A stretch of DNA of 64,000 nt, taken from the NCBI GenBank assembly GCA_963643205.1, contig CAVIJJ010000003.1, forward strand, positions 12,055 through 76,054, given 5' to 3'. The notes below the pieces were generated by a model. It saw only the letters and a list, made by a program, of their open reading frames with translations, searched no databases and was not told the origin of the DNA. The stretch is from a bacterium (lineage in GTDB: Bacteria > Bacillota > Clostridia > Christensenellales > CAG-138). The translations under genes were made by a program, and so were the position numbers. Below are positions 1 to 7,388 of the stretch, piece after piece. How positions within the stretch are numbered: position 1 is the first letter of the stretch; each line of letters begins with the position of its first letter.

Positions 1-887
1 TGTATCAGCTTGTGGAGGACCTGGTAAAGCCATCTAACGGCAAGGTGCTTACCATGACGCCGGCATACGGCTTTTTCCTGCACGCGTGCGAATACAACGG
101 AGTTGAGCTTGTAACAAGTCCGCTCAAAAAGATTGACGGGCGATTTGAGATAGACTTTGATGATTTTGAGAAAAAGGCCTCCGACCCGGACGTTAAGATG
201 CTTATGCTCTGCAACCCGCACAACCCCAGCGGACGCATCTGGACGGAGGAGGAGCTTAACAAAATAGCCGATATAGTCAAAAAATACAATCTTTGGGTTG
301 TGTCGGACGAGATACACTGCGACCTTATCCGCACCGGCCTTAAGCACATACCCATGGGCAAGATAATGCCCGGCTATATGAGGCTTATAACCACCATGTC
401 CGCCAGCAAAACATTTAACCTTGCGGGCATGCTGTTTTCAAACATAATAATACGCTGTCCTGACGAGCGCGCCCGGTTTGACGCGCGGGACAAGAACATA
501 GGCGCGGCGAACCCGCTTTCCATTGCGGCGCACAAGGCGGCATACGAGCACGGCGCACAGTGGCTTGAGCAGCTTAAGGCTTATGTTGACAACAATCTTA
601 AGCTTGTTGACGAGTTCCTGAAGGCTGAAATACCGGACGCGATATTCAATATACCTGAGGCTACGTATTTTGCCTGGGTTGATCTTTCAAAAGTTCTGCC
701 TGATATCGACGATCTGCCGCTGTTCTTTGCCAACAACGCGGGCGTACTGCTTGAGGGCGGAGACAAACTGTTTGTAGGAAACGCGAAGGGCTACATACGG
801 CTTAACCTTGCGATGCCGAGGGCCATGCTTGAAACCGGCCTTAAGCGCATAGCGGAATCCATTCGTAAGCACAAGGAGCAAAAATAA
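1..887 (+). CDS. patB: PLP-dependent C-S lyase / class I-II aminotransferase (MalY/PatB type); 5' end lies outside the window
   Basis: The frame stays open back to base 3. NPHNPSGR, SDEIHCDL and SASKTFNLAG (PLP-lysine) motifs are typical of MalY/PatB cystathionine beta-lyases. Confidence 0.85.
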   Translation, partial: YQLVEDLVKPSNGKVLTMTPAYGFFLHACEYNGVELVTSPLKKIDGRFEIDFDDFEKKASDPDVKMLMLCNPHNPSGRIWTEEELNKIADIVKKYNLWVVSDEIHCDLIRTGLKHIPMGKIMPGYMRLITTMSASKTFNLAGMLFSNIIIRCPDERARFDARDKNIGAANPLSIAAHKAAYEHGAQWLEQLKAYVDNNLKLVDEFLKAEIPDAIFNIPEATYFAWVDLSKVLPDIDDLPLFFANNAGVLLEGGDKLFVGNAKGYIRLNLAMPRAMLETGLKRIAESIRKHKEQK

Positions 888-911
888 AACGCGAAAAGCC
901 TAAAAAAGCCC

Positions 912-940
912 TTGCTTTGCAATGGTTTTCACGATATAAT
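912..940 (+). promoter_or_regulatory. sigma-A type promoter for rpmE (TTGCTT-17-TATAAT)
   Basis: TTGCTT at 912-917, a 17-nt spacer, TATAAT at 935-940. This leaves a leader of about 86 nt before the rpmE start. Confidence 0.5.
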
Positions 941-1032
941 ATCTCTGTTCCGGGTTTTATTGCCCACGAGAATGCAGCAGCAGAGCGGTTAATCGCGCTG
1001 CGCCCAGCAAAAATAAAGTGAGGAGTTGCACG

Positions 1033-1233
1033 ATGAAAAAGGATATCCATCCCTCTTACGGCGAAAGCATCGTCCGCTGCGCTTGCGGCGAGACCTTCAA
1101 GACCGGTTCCGTAAAAGGCGAGCTCACGGTCGAAATTTGCTCCAAGTGCCATCCGTTCTACACCGGCAGGCAGAAGCTGGTTGATACCGGCGGACGTGTA
1201 GACCGCTTCAAGAAGCGTTACGGCATCAACTGA
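1033..1233 (+). CDS. rpmE: 50S ribosomal protein L31 (Zn-ribbon type A)
   Basis: MKKDIHPSY...[10 protein letters not shown]...RFKKRY is a textbook L31 sequence. AGGAG at 1021-1025 favours the ATG at 1033 over the ORF-track start at 1018. Confidence 0.95.
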   Translation: MKKDIHPSYGESIVRCACGETFKTGSVKGELTVEICSKCHPFYTGRQKLVDTGGRVDRFKKRYGIN

Positions 1234-1274
1234 TAGCCGGGCTTATAAGAAGCAAAACAATTTGTTAAAAGGGG

Positions 1275-1307
1275 CGAGCGGTTTGAATAAGCCGTTCGTT
1301 CTTTTTT
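1275..1307 (+). terminator. intrinsic terminator after rpmE
   Basis: Stem CGAGCGG / CCGTTCG (one G-T pair) followed by a T-run at 1299-1307. Confidence 0.6.
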
Positions 1308-1421
1308 ATATTCATAAATTGTGAAGATACCGTCAATTTTGGGCAAATTCGCCATTAAGCATATTGAATGAGCAGGGTCTATTGGGTAAAATAGAGTTAT
1401 TAATAAGGGAGGTAATAAAAA

Positions 1422-1955
1422 ATGAGCAAATCGTTCAGGAACACCCTTCTGGCCATATCCGCAGTATTTATAGTGCTTGGCCTTATTGAGATTATTTGGC
1501 CCGTAGGCTCGCCCACGGTAATATGCTATATATTGGGAGCGCTGCTTACGCTGTTTGGGATATATCACATTGTGCGCTATTTCGCGGCAGAGGTAAACTA
1601 TATGTTCGCCGGCATGGGGCTTGCGCTCGGCACCGCCTGCGCGGTAACGGGCCTGCTTATAATAATATGCGCCAAAGCGGTGGTCGCGATATTCGGCGTG
1701 GCAATGGGCATTGCCGTTATAGCCGCAAGCATACTGAGGCTGCAGCTTTCGTTTAACATGATGCGCCTTGGCAGCGCCAGATACATTCCCGTTATGGTAT
1801 TCGCGTTTGTAATGCTGATCGCCGGCATAGTTATGCTTTTCAACCCCATAGCGAGCGCCGCCGCGGCAACAACGGTTATGGGCGTATGCATGGTGCTTGA
1901 CGGCATTATGAACATAATAAGCCTTATATTCGCGAAAGACCTGCTTAAGGATTAA
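1422..1955 (+). CDS. DUF308 / HdeD-family integral membrane protein
   Basis: Six predicted hydrophobic helices with repeated G/A-rich TM segments typical of HdeD-like proteins. GGGAGG RBS upstream. Confidence 0.65.
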   Translation: MSKSFRNTLLAISAVFIVLGLIEIIWPVGSPTVICYILGALLTLFGIYHIVRYFAAEVNYMFAGMGLALGTACAVTGLLIIICAKAVVAIFGVAMGIAVIAASILRLQLSFNMMRLGSARYIPVMVFAFVMLIAGIVMLFNPIASAAAATTVMGVCMVLDGIMNIISLIFAKDLLKD

Positions 1956-1982
1956 TCAAATAAACCGCAATTAAAAACGAAA

Positions 1983-2013
1983 ACCGCCCGGAGCTTAACC
2001 GGGCGGTATTTTT
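1983..2013. terminator. bidirectional intrinsic terminator between convergent genes
   Basis: ACCGCCCGG / CCGGGCGGT perfect 9-bp stem, flanked by A-run and T-run. Confidence 0.75.
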
Positions 2014-2031
2014 ATGCCGATTGTTTTGTTT

Positions 2032-3336
2032 TCAGATGCCGTACTCCCCATCCTTTACGGTGAGGGTTTTGGAATAGAACACCTTCATGGCCTTAACAAG
2101 GCTGTCTATATCCTCGGCGCCAGCGGTTTCATAGCAGGAATGCATGGCAAGCTGCGGCAGACCTATATCAACCGTGCTTACGGCAACCTTTGTATTGGCA
2201 ATGCTGCCGAGCGTGCCGCCGCCCGCAAGGTCCGAACGATTGGCAAATACCTGCACCGGCGCTTCCGCGTCCGCGCAAACCTGCCTGAAGAGCGCGGCGG
2301 AGATGCCGTCGGTAGTATATTTCTGGTTGGCGTTGAACTTGATAACAATACCCTTGTTCATATAGGGGCAATTGTCAAAATCCGAATACTCGGGGTGGTT
2401 GGGGTGCTGAGCGTGCGCGTTGTCGGCCGATACCATAAAGCTTTGGGCTATCATGGCAATATACTCCTCCTCGTTCTTGCCAAGGTTCAGGGCGATGCGC
2501 CTTAAAAGATCGCGCATAATGTTGGATTCCGCGCCCTGCTTGGTGGAGCTGCCGGTTTCCTCATTATCAAACACGCAGCAAACGGGAATGCTGCCGCTCT
2601 CCTCTGCGTTCATAAAGCCTTCCATGCAGCCGAACGCGCACTCCGTATCGTCAAGCTTGGGGGAGGCGATATACTCATCGTTTCTGCCAAGGAACGTGGG
2701 CGCGGTGCGGTTATAAAGATAAAGGTCGTGACCTATTATATCCTCCGCCTTTAAGCCTATGCTTTCGGCTACGGTCTGCATAAATGTTCCCTTGCCGTTT
2801 TCATCGGAGAAGAGGGGCAGAGTATCTATATTTGCCTTTATCTCAAAGCCGTTGTTGGCGGTTTTATTCATATGAATACAAACGCTCGGGATTATAACAA
2901 GGTCCCTGTCTATATTGACAAGCCTTGATGAGATGCGGCCGTTCTCCCCGCGCACAAGCACGCGGCCGGCAATCGAAAGCGGCCGATCGAACCAGGTTGC
3001 CATAAGCGCGCCGCCGTAGCGCTCGGTGCTGAGCTGAACATAGTGCGCGCCGACCTTTTCGGGATTATCCTTTATCTTAAACGTAGGCGAGTCGCTGTGC
3101 GCCGCGGAAATCATAAAGCCCGCCACGGGGTTTGACGGCACGCGAAACGCCATTATGGTTGATCCGTTGGGCGAAACATAGTACTTGCCGCCGCGGCAAA
3201 GCTTCCACGCCTGCTCGGTATAAAGCTTGGTGTAGCCCTTTTCGTTAAGCGCTTCCTCCAGATTGGCCACAACCTGATACCTTGTGGGGCTCTTCTTCAT
3301 GAAATCCAGCAGTTTTACGGCGTTCTCGTTTTTCAT
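2032..3336 (-). CDS. M18-family aminopeptidase (aspartyl aminopeptidase-like)
   Basis: 434 aa with full-length resemblance to M18 aminopeptidases (SPTRYQV..., AAHSDSP, CVFDNEETGS, DIGLPQLAMHS). AAAGGAG RBS. Confidence 0.85.
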   Translation of the reverse strand: MKNENAVKLLDFMKKSPTRYQVVANLEEALNEKGYTKLYTEQAWKLCRGGKYYVSPNGSTIMAFRVPSNPVAGFMISAAHSDSPTFKIKDNPEKVGAHYVQLSTERYGGALMATWFDRPLSIAGRVLVRGENGRISSRLVNIDRDLVIIPSVCIHMNKTANNGFEIKANIDTLPLFSDENGKGTFMQTVAESIGLKAEDIIGHDLYLYNRTAPTFLGRNDEYIASPKLDDTECAFGCMEGFMNAEESGSIPVCCVFDNEETGSSTKQGAESNIMRDLLRRIALNLGKNEEEYIAMIAQSFMVSADNAHAQHPNHPEYSDFDNCPYMNKGIVIKFNANQKYTTDGISAALFRQVCADAEAPVQVFANRSDLAGGGTLGSIANTKVAVSTVDIGLPQLAMHSCYETAGAEDIDSLVKAMKVFYSKTLTVKDGEYGI

Positions 3337-3376
3337 TGGTGTGTCTCCTTTGTATTAATTTTTTAGTTAAAATGCT

Positions 3377-3499
3377 AATAGTCAATTCCCGCTGCTCTGA
3401 TTGTCAACTTTCCCCGCCCCAATTGTCAACTTTTGTGTTGCGAATAGTCAACATTTGCGGTTCGGATTGTCAACTTTTCATTCCAAAATGTTGACTATT
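3377..3499. repeat. five direct 22-bp-periodic repeats with core (A/G)AT(A/T)GTCAA(C/T), plus one inverted copy
   Basis: Core hexamers sit at 3380, 3402, 3424, 3446 and 3468, an exact 22-bp spacing. The inverted copy GTTGACTATT is at 3490-3499. On the minus strand each unit reads AAAGTTGACAAT, which is -35-like. Confidence 0.9.
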
Positions 3500-3502
3500 G
3501 AA

Positions 3503-3829
3503 TTATTCTTCCCTGTTTTGAGATCTTTCGGTACTGAAACCTTCGGGGTAGCGGCGGCGCAGCTTTTCAATATTGCCCGCGAATATGGTTTCAAGGTCCG
3601 TATCAAGCGCGTACGCGGCCTCCGCAAGGTACCAGGCTATGTCGCCAAGCTCTTCCTTTAGTGCCTCTTTGTTGAGCGGGTGCCCCTGAGCGTACCACTT
3701 TTTGACTATGTCTATCGATTCGCCGGACTCCCCGCAAAGGCCCATCACGCTGTTTATAAGCGCGGACTCCTTGTTCAGATCCTTATTCAATGTTTTAAGC
3801 GCAAGGCTTTGATATTCGTTGATTGTCAT
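3503..3829 (-). CDS. MazG-like nucleotide pyrophosphohydrolase (small, single domain)
   Basis: GLCGESGE...KEELGDIAWYLA matches the metal-binding EExxE/D helices of the MazG/all-alpha NTP-PPase family. Confidence 0.8.
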   Translation of the reverse strand: MTINEYQSLALKTLNKDLNKESALINSVMGLCGESGESIDIVKKWYAQGHPLNKEALKEELGDIAWYLAEAAYALDTDLETIFAGNIEKLRRRYPEGFSTERSQNREE

Positions 3830-3871
3830 GCCGCACCTCCGTCGGAACCTGTTTCGGCTTATTCTACCATA

Positions 3872-3904
3872 TACCGCCGGATAAAAAAAGCCCGGGCACG
3901 ATGT
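3872..3904 (-). terminator. intrinsic terminator after the hsp20 gene
   Basis: AGCCCGGGCAC / GTGCCCGGGCT stem followed by a U-run on the minus strand (plus-strand A-run 3873-3879). Confidence 0.8.
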
Positions 3905-3951
3905 GCCCGGGCTTTATTATGGCCGCGGATGCGGCCTTTTTCGGCTATTCG

Positions 3952-4395
3952 TTATTCAATGGAGATGCTGCTGGATTCGGCAAGCTTCTTCTGCTCGTAC
4001 TTAGGCACGTTAATGGTAAGCACGCCGGACTCATATTTGCACTTTACATCCTCGCTCTTTACATCGCCAACGTAGAAGGTCCTCTGGCAGCTGCCGCTGT
4101 AACGCTCCTGGCGAATTACGCGCTTGGTCTTCTTATCGGTTTCTTCCTTATCAAGGCCCTTGGCGGCGCTTATGGTAAGATAGCCGTTCTTAAGCTGCAC
4201 GTTAATGTCTTCCTTGGCAAAGCCGGGCAGATCAACCGCCAGTTCGTAGCCGTCCTCGGTTTCGTGAATATCGGTCTTCATAATGTGGGAAGCATGCTTA
4301 CCGTAAAGCTCCTTGTTGGCATTCCACATGTTGCGCTCGAAAGCGTCGTTGAACAGGTCATCAAAAAGGTTTTCTCCAAAGATCATCGGTAACAT
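3952..4395 (-). CDS. Hsp20 / alpha-crystallin small heat-shock protein
   Basis: The alpha-crystallin domain (DIHETEDGYELAVDLPGF...GVLTINVPK) is clear. I prefer the start at M35 of the ORF-track protein (ATG at 4395) because of the GGAAG RBS and normal sHSP length. Confidence 0.9.
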   Translation of the reverse strand: MLPMIFGENLFDDLFNDAFERNMWNANKELYGKHASHIMKTDIHETEDGYELAVDLPGFAKEDINVQLKNGYLTISAAKGLDKEETDKKTKRVIRQERYSGSCQRTFYVGDVKSEDVKCKYESGVLTINVPKYEQKKLAESSSISIE

Positions 4396-4609
4396 AATAT
4401 TTTTACTTCCTTTCGCAAGTCGTTTTGTCTTTTTTCCGGCGGCTCTCAGGACCGCTCGCAACGCCGTTTCTCTCGGGGCTCTCGCCCTTTCCTTCACGGT
4501 ACGACTATATTATAACTCCGATTTTTTCCAACGCAACAGCTTGGGGGCAAGCTTCACATTCGTTCATTATAATTGTTGGAAGCATCAATATTCTGTAACA
4601 ATTTAATAT

Positions 4610-5944
4610 TTACGACACAGTTTGGGTGTCGTCTTCCTTGGATTTCTCCTCCTTACTTATAACGCAATGCACTATTCTGTGCTCAAACACCTTGTCAACC
4701 TCCGCGTGTATGCCCGAAACGGATACGGTAAAGCGGCTGCCGTCGGCGGGAATAATGTCAAACTGAGAGAATATAAGGCCGCCCAGGGTATCGAATTCCT
4801 CGGTGGGAAGCTCTATATCGAAAAGCTCCGCTATGTCCTCAAGCGACGCGCGGCCGCCGGTTGAGTATTTGCCGCCGCCCAGGGGCTTTATGGTTTCCTC
4901 CGAATCATCGTCGTCTATATCGCCGACTATCTGCTCAACTATATCGTTCATTGTGACTATGCCGCTCATGCCGCCGTATTCATCAAGCACAACGGCAAAA
5001 TGATTGCGCGTGCGGCGCATTTCCCTGAAAAGATCGTCCGCCTTAACGCTTGCGGGCACAAACAGGGGCGCTGTTACGGCGGCTTTCATAACGTTTTCGC
5101 GCGAACGGTCGCTAAGCTTAAGATAGTTTCTCGCAAGGAGTACGCCTATAACGTCGTCCGGCGTTTCACCGCATACGGGATAGTGCGAATGGTTGGTTTC
5201 CTTTATGGTTTTCTCCCATTCCTCGTCGCTTTCCTCACTCCAAAGCATATCCACCATTGTTCTGTGGGTAAGCATATCGCCGGCCTCAATATCATTAAAC
5301 TCAAACACGTTTTGCAGCAGCTCCTTTTCGCCCGCCTCTATGGCGCCCTTTTCGCTGCCCGCGTCTATCATCATGCGGATTTCGTCCTCGGTAAGCTCGT
5401 TTTCCTCCTCGTTGGGATCAACGCCCATAACCTTAAGCACAAGATTGGTGCTCGCGGTAAGCAGCCACACAATGGGCCTGAACAGGGCGGATATAAAGGA
5501 AATAAGCCCGCTCAGCGCAAGGGCGATTTTCTCCGCCTTTTTCATGGCAAGGCGCTTTGGCACAAGCTCGCCGAAAACAAGGGTGAAGAAGCTGAGTATA
5601 AGCGTTATAACAACAACGCTTACGCTGTTCAGAACATGGGCGTTTATGTTTACGCCTGATGATTGTATAATGCTGACAAGCCTGTCCGCAAAGTTTTCCG
5701 CGGCAAAGGCGCTGCCCAAAAATCCCGCAAGGGTTATGGATATTTGTATTGTTGCCAAAAAACGCGCGGGCTGAGAGGTTAGTTTAGTTAGCCTTGCTGC
5801 CCTTTTGTCGCCGTCCGACGCAAGCTTTGTAAGCTTAACTTCGTTAACGGAAAGCACGGCTATTTCAGCGCACGCGAAAACAGCGTTCAGCAGAATGAAC
5901 AAAGCCTGCAGCAGCAGTAATCCTATAAGCGGGTCGTCTTCCAT
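4610..5944 (-). CDS. CNNM/CorC-type transporter (DUF21 membrane domain + CBS pair + CorC_HlyC), the so-called hemolysin family
   Basis: N-terminal 4-TM DUF21, a central CBS pair and a C-terminal CorC_HlyC-like region. This is the typical TlyC/CorC architecture. Confidence 0.85.
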   Translation of the reverse strand: MEDDPLIGLLLLQALFILLNAVFACAEIAVLSVNEVKLTKLASDGDKRAARLTKLTSQPARFLATIQISITLAGFLGSAFAAENFADRLVSIIQSSGVNINAHVLNSVSVVVITLILSFFTLVFGELVPKRLAMKKAEKIALALSGLISFISALFRPIVWLLTASTNLVLKVMGVDPNEEENELTEDEIRMMIDAGSEKGAIEAGEKELLQNVFEFNDIEAGDMLTHRTMVDMLWSEESDEEWEKTIKETNHSHYPVCGETPDDVIGVLLARNYLKLSDRSRENVMKAAVTAPLFVPASVKADDLFREMRRTRNHFAVVLDEYGGMSGIVTMNDIVEQIVGDIDDDDSEETIKPLGGGKYSTGGRASLEDIAELFDIELPTEEFDTLGGLIFSQFDIIPADGSRFTVSVSGIHAEVDKVFEHRIVHCVISKEEKSKEDDTQTVS

Positions 5945-5978
5945 TTGTGTTTTAATTCCTCCGAAATAAAATCAATTT

Positions 5979-6113
5979 TTATATACAAAAAGACCACGCC
6001 GAGCATAACCCACGGGAAATTGCCCCATGGATTGCGGTATGATCCAATGCATCGATAATTATATAAGCTTGTAACGGAACAGGGCCCGGCGCGTCAGCGT
6101 CGCTCTTTTCCAT
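5979..6113 (-). CDS. possible 44-codon upstream small ORF in the CorC leader
   Basis: AAGGAG lies 8 nt upstream of the ATG at 6113, and the stop is at 5979-5981. It falls below the ORF-track size cutoff and I recognise no homology. Confidence 0.2.
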   Translation of the reverse strand: MEKSDADAPGPVPLQAYIIIDALDHTAIHGAISRGLCSAWSFCI

Positions 6114-6160
6114 CTTTTGTTTCTCCTTCCGTGCCGCGCGCTCGCGCGACATCGAGAATG

Positions 6161-6189
6161 ATTATACTATAATTTTTCTGTTTACGCAA
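6161..6189 (-). promoter_or_regulatory. sigma-A type promoter directed toward the CorC-like gene (TTGCGT-17-TATAAT)
   Basis: On the minus strand: TTGCGT (6189-6184), a 17-nt spacer, TATAAT (6166-6161). This implies a leader of about 210 nt. Confidence 0.5.
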
Positions 6190-6413
6190 TAGATATGATT
6201 GCGCGTATGTGTCCGTGTTTTGCGGACTGAGTTTGCTCGCGATCGGCCCGGTTTTCGCCTTGCCATAATATCTTTTCATAGGGATTCGTTTTTTCGCAAC
6301 CTCGGCTTATGCTTTTTTATGGGGGCTGAATATTTTTTAGGATGTATAAATTCGGCCGGCTGATGTCATATTCCATTCATAATCCTGCATATCAGATGCG
6401 CCTTCCACCGTAC

Positions 6414-6508
6414 TTGTCCACATTATCCACAGAGTTATCCACAATTTCATGGCCTGTATTGTCCGTTTTTGGATTTTATCCACAGCATTCACATTCAAGT
6501 TGTGCACA
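6414..6508 (+). promoter_or_regulatory. cluster of five co-oriented DnaA boxes
   Basis: TTGTCCACA 6414-6422, TTATCCACA 6423-6431, TTATCCACA 6435-6443, TTATCCACA 6476-6484, TTGTGCACA 6500-6508. That is three perfect and two one-mismatch matches to TTATCCACA. Confidence 0.8.
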
Positions 6509-6702
6509 CCCCTATGTTGCATAATTCGTTCGTCTCTGCATAAGGCAAGTGCATAGCGCATGAATTGTTTGGGGATTTTCGCGCGTTCTTTGGGGCAGAT
6601 TAGGTGTATCCCCATGGTGTACAGGCGTTATACACGCGCGCGTACATCGCCCCCGCAAGGCCGTTTTCTTGCCGATTTTGCAGGCAAATCGGGCATTTTT
6701 CT

Positions 6703-6732
6703 TTGACACGCGGCCCATTATGATGATAAAAT
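6703..6732 (+). promoter_or_regulatory. extended -10 promoter for carD (TTGACA-18-TGaTAAAAT)
   Basis: TTGACA at 6703-6708, TG at 6724-6725, TAAAAT at 6727-6732. Confidence 0.55.
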
Positions 6733-6815
6733 AAATTAAGCAAAGCAAAATGTTTTTATTGTTCACGCCCATCGTTTTTTATTCAGCCGCCAAAGCGGAG
6801 AAAGGAAGGAAAGCC

Positions 6816-7289
6816 ATGTTTTGCATAGGCGAAAAAATATGCTACCCAATGCACGGCATAGGGGAAATTTCGGGCATAGAGCAGCGCACTGTGCTGGGAT
6901 CAACCGCCAAATATTATGTGCTTAAGTTCGCGTCCAGCCGTGTAAACGCTATGGTGCCCATAAGCGCGGCGGAAAGCGTTGGCCTGAGGCGGCCCATTAC
7001 GCGCGAGGAAGGCGAAAAAGTATTAAGCTATATTAAGCGCGGCGAATCGGGCGCGGAAACGGCGTGGGGATCGAACTGGAACCGCAGATACCGCGAAAAT
7101 TGCGACAGGCTGAAAAAAGGCGATGTTTACGCCGTTGCGGATGTTTTCCTTTGCCTGAACGCGCGGCAGAACGAAAAGGGCTTAAGCGCCGGGGAGATAA
7201 AAATGCTGGCGCTTACAAGGCGGCTTATTAAGGACGAGCTCATTTACGCCGGATGCGACGAAAAAGACGTTGCATCCGCGATAGGCTGA
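6816..7289 (+). CDS. carD: CarD/CdnL-family RNA polymerase-binding transcription factor
   Basis: FCIGEKICYPMHGIGEI...YYVLKF matches the CarD_CdnL_TRCF N-terminal Tudor-like domain. I prefer the start at 6816 because of the AAAGGAAGGA RBS. Confidence 0.85.
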   Translation: MFCIGEKICYPMHGIGEISGIEQRTVLGSTAKYYVLKFASSRVNAMVPISAAESVGLRRPITREEGEKVLSYIKRGESGAETAWGSNWNRRYRENCDRLKKGDVYAVADVFLCLNARQNEKGLSAGEIKMLALTRRLIKDELIYAGCDEKDVASAIG

Positions 7290-7388
7290 GCTTATGCATT
7301 TTTGCCATGCATAAAATATTTATATATGCATAATTCGGGATTTATATTATAATAATAAATTAACATAGAACAAAGGAGGACTTGGAAT

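Noticed and set aside
4396-4497. N-terminal extensions in the ORF track, for example 4497 for hsp20, 21185 for patatin, 23538 for SGNH, 44046 for citD, 44142 for citC, 50148 for arcC, 50303 for the Cys-rich protein and 58873 for the hypothetical gene.
   Set aside because: In most cases an internal start codon has a well-spaced SD. For all of them the internal start gives the family-typical N-terminus. For citD no clear SD precedes either start, and the call rests on alignment with E. coli CitD. The extensions are upstream read-through of the open frame.
4396-4537. An RNA thermometer, CIRCE or CtsR operator upstream of hsp20.
   Set aside because: A TTGCGT-16-TATAAT promoter (4536-4509, minus strand) and a structured leader of about 107 nt exist. 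However, the SD (AAAGGAAG) is not paired with any anti-SD stretch in the leader. Neither TTAGCACTC-N9-GAGTGCTAA nor a tandem GGTCAAA heptad is present.
6094-6772. ORF-track ORFs in the long intergenic region (6094..6279, 6337..6615 and 6512..6772, minus strand; 6342..6524, plus strand).
   Set aside because: They have no RBS and their translations show no recognisable motifs. Three of them run through the DnaA-box cluster itself, so they are better explained as non-coding.
5945-6815. Calling this region the chromosomal replication origin (oriC).
   Set aside because: The DnaA boxes are real, but dnaA and dnaN do not flank them. I found no convincing DnaA-trio or 13-mer-like unwinding element next to the boxes. 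Gene orientation flips again at 14.5 kb. I report it as a DnaA-box cluster only.
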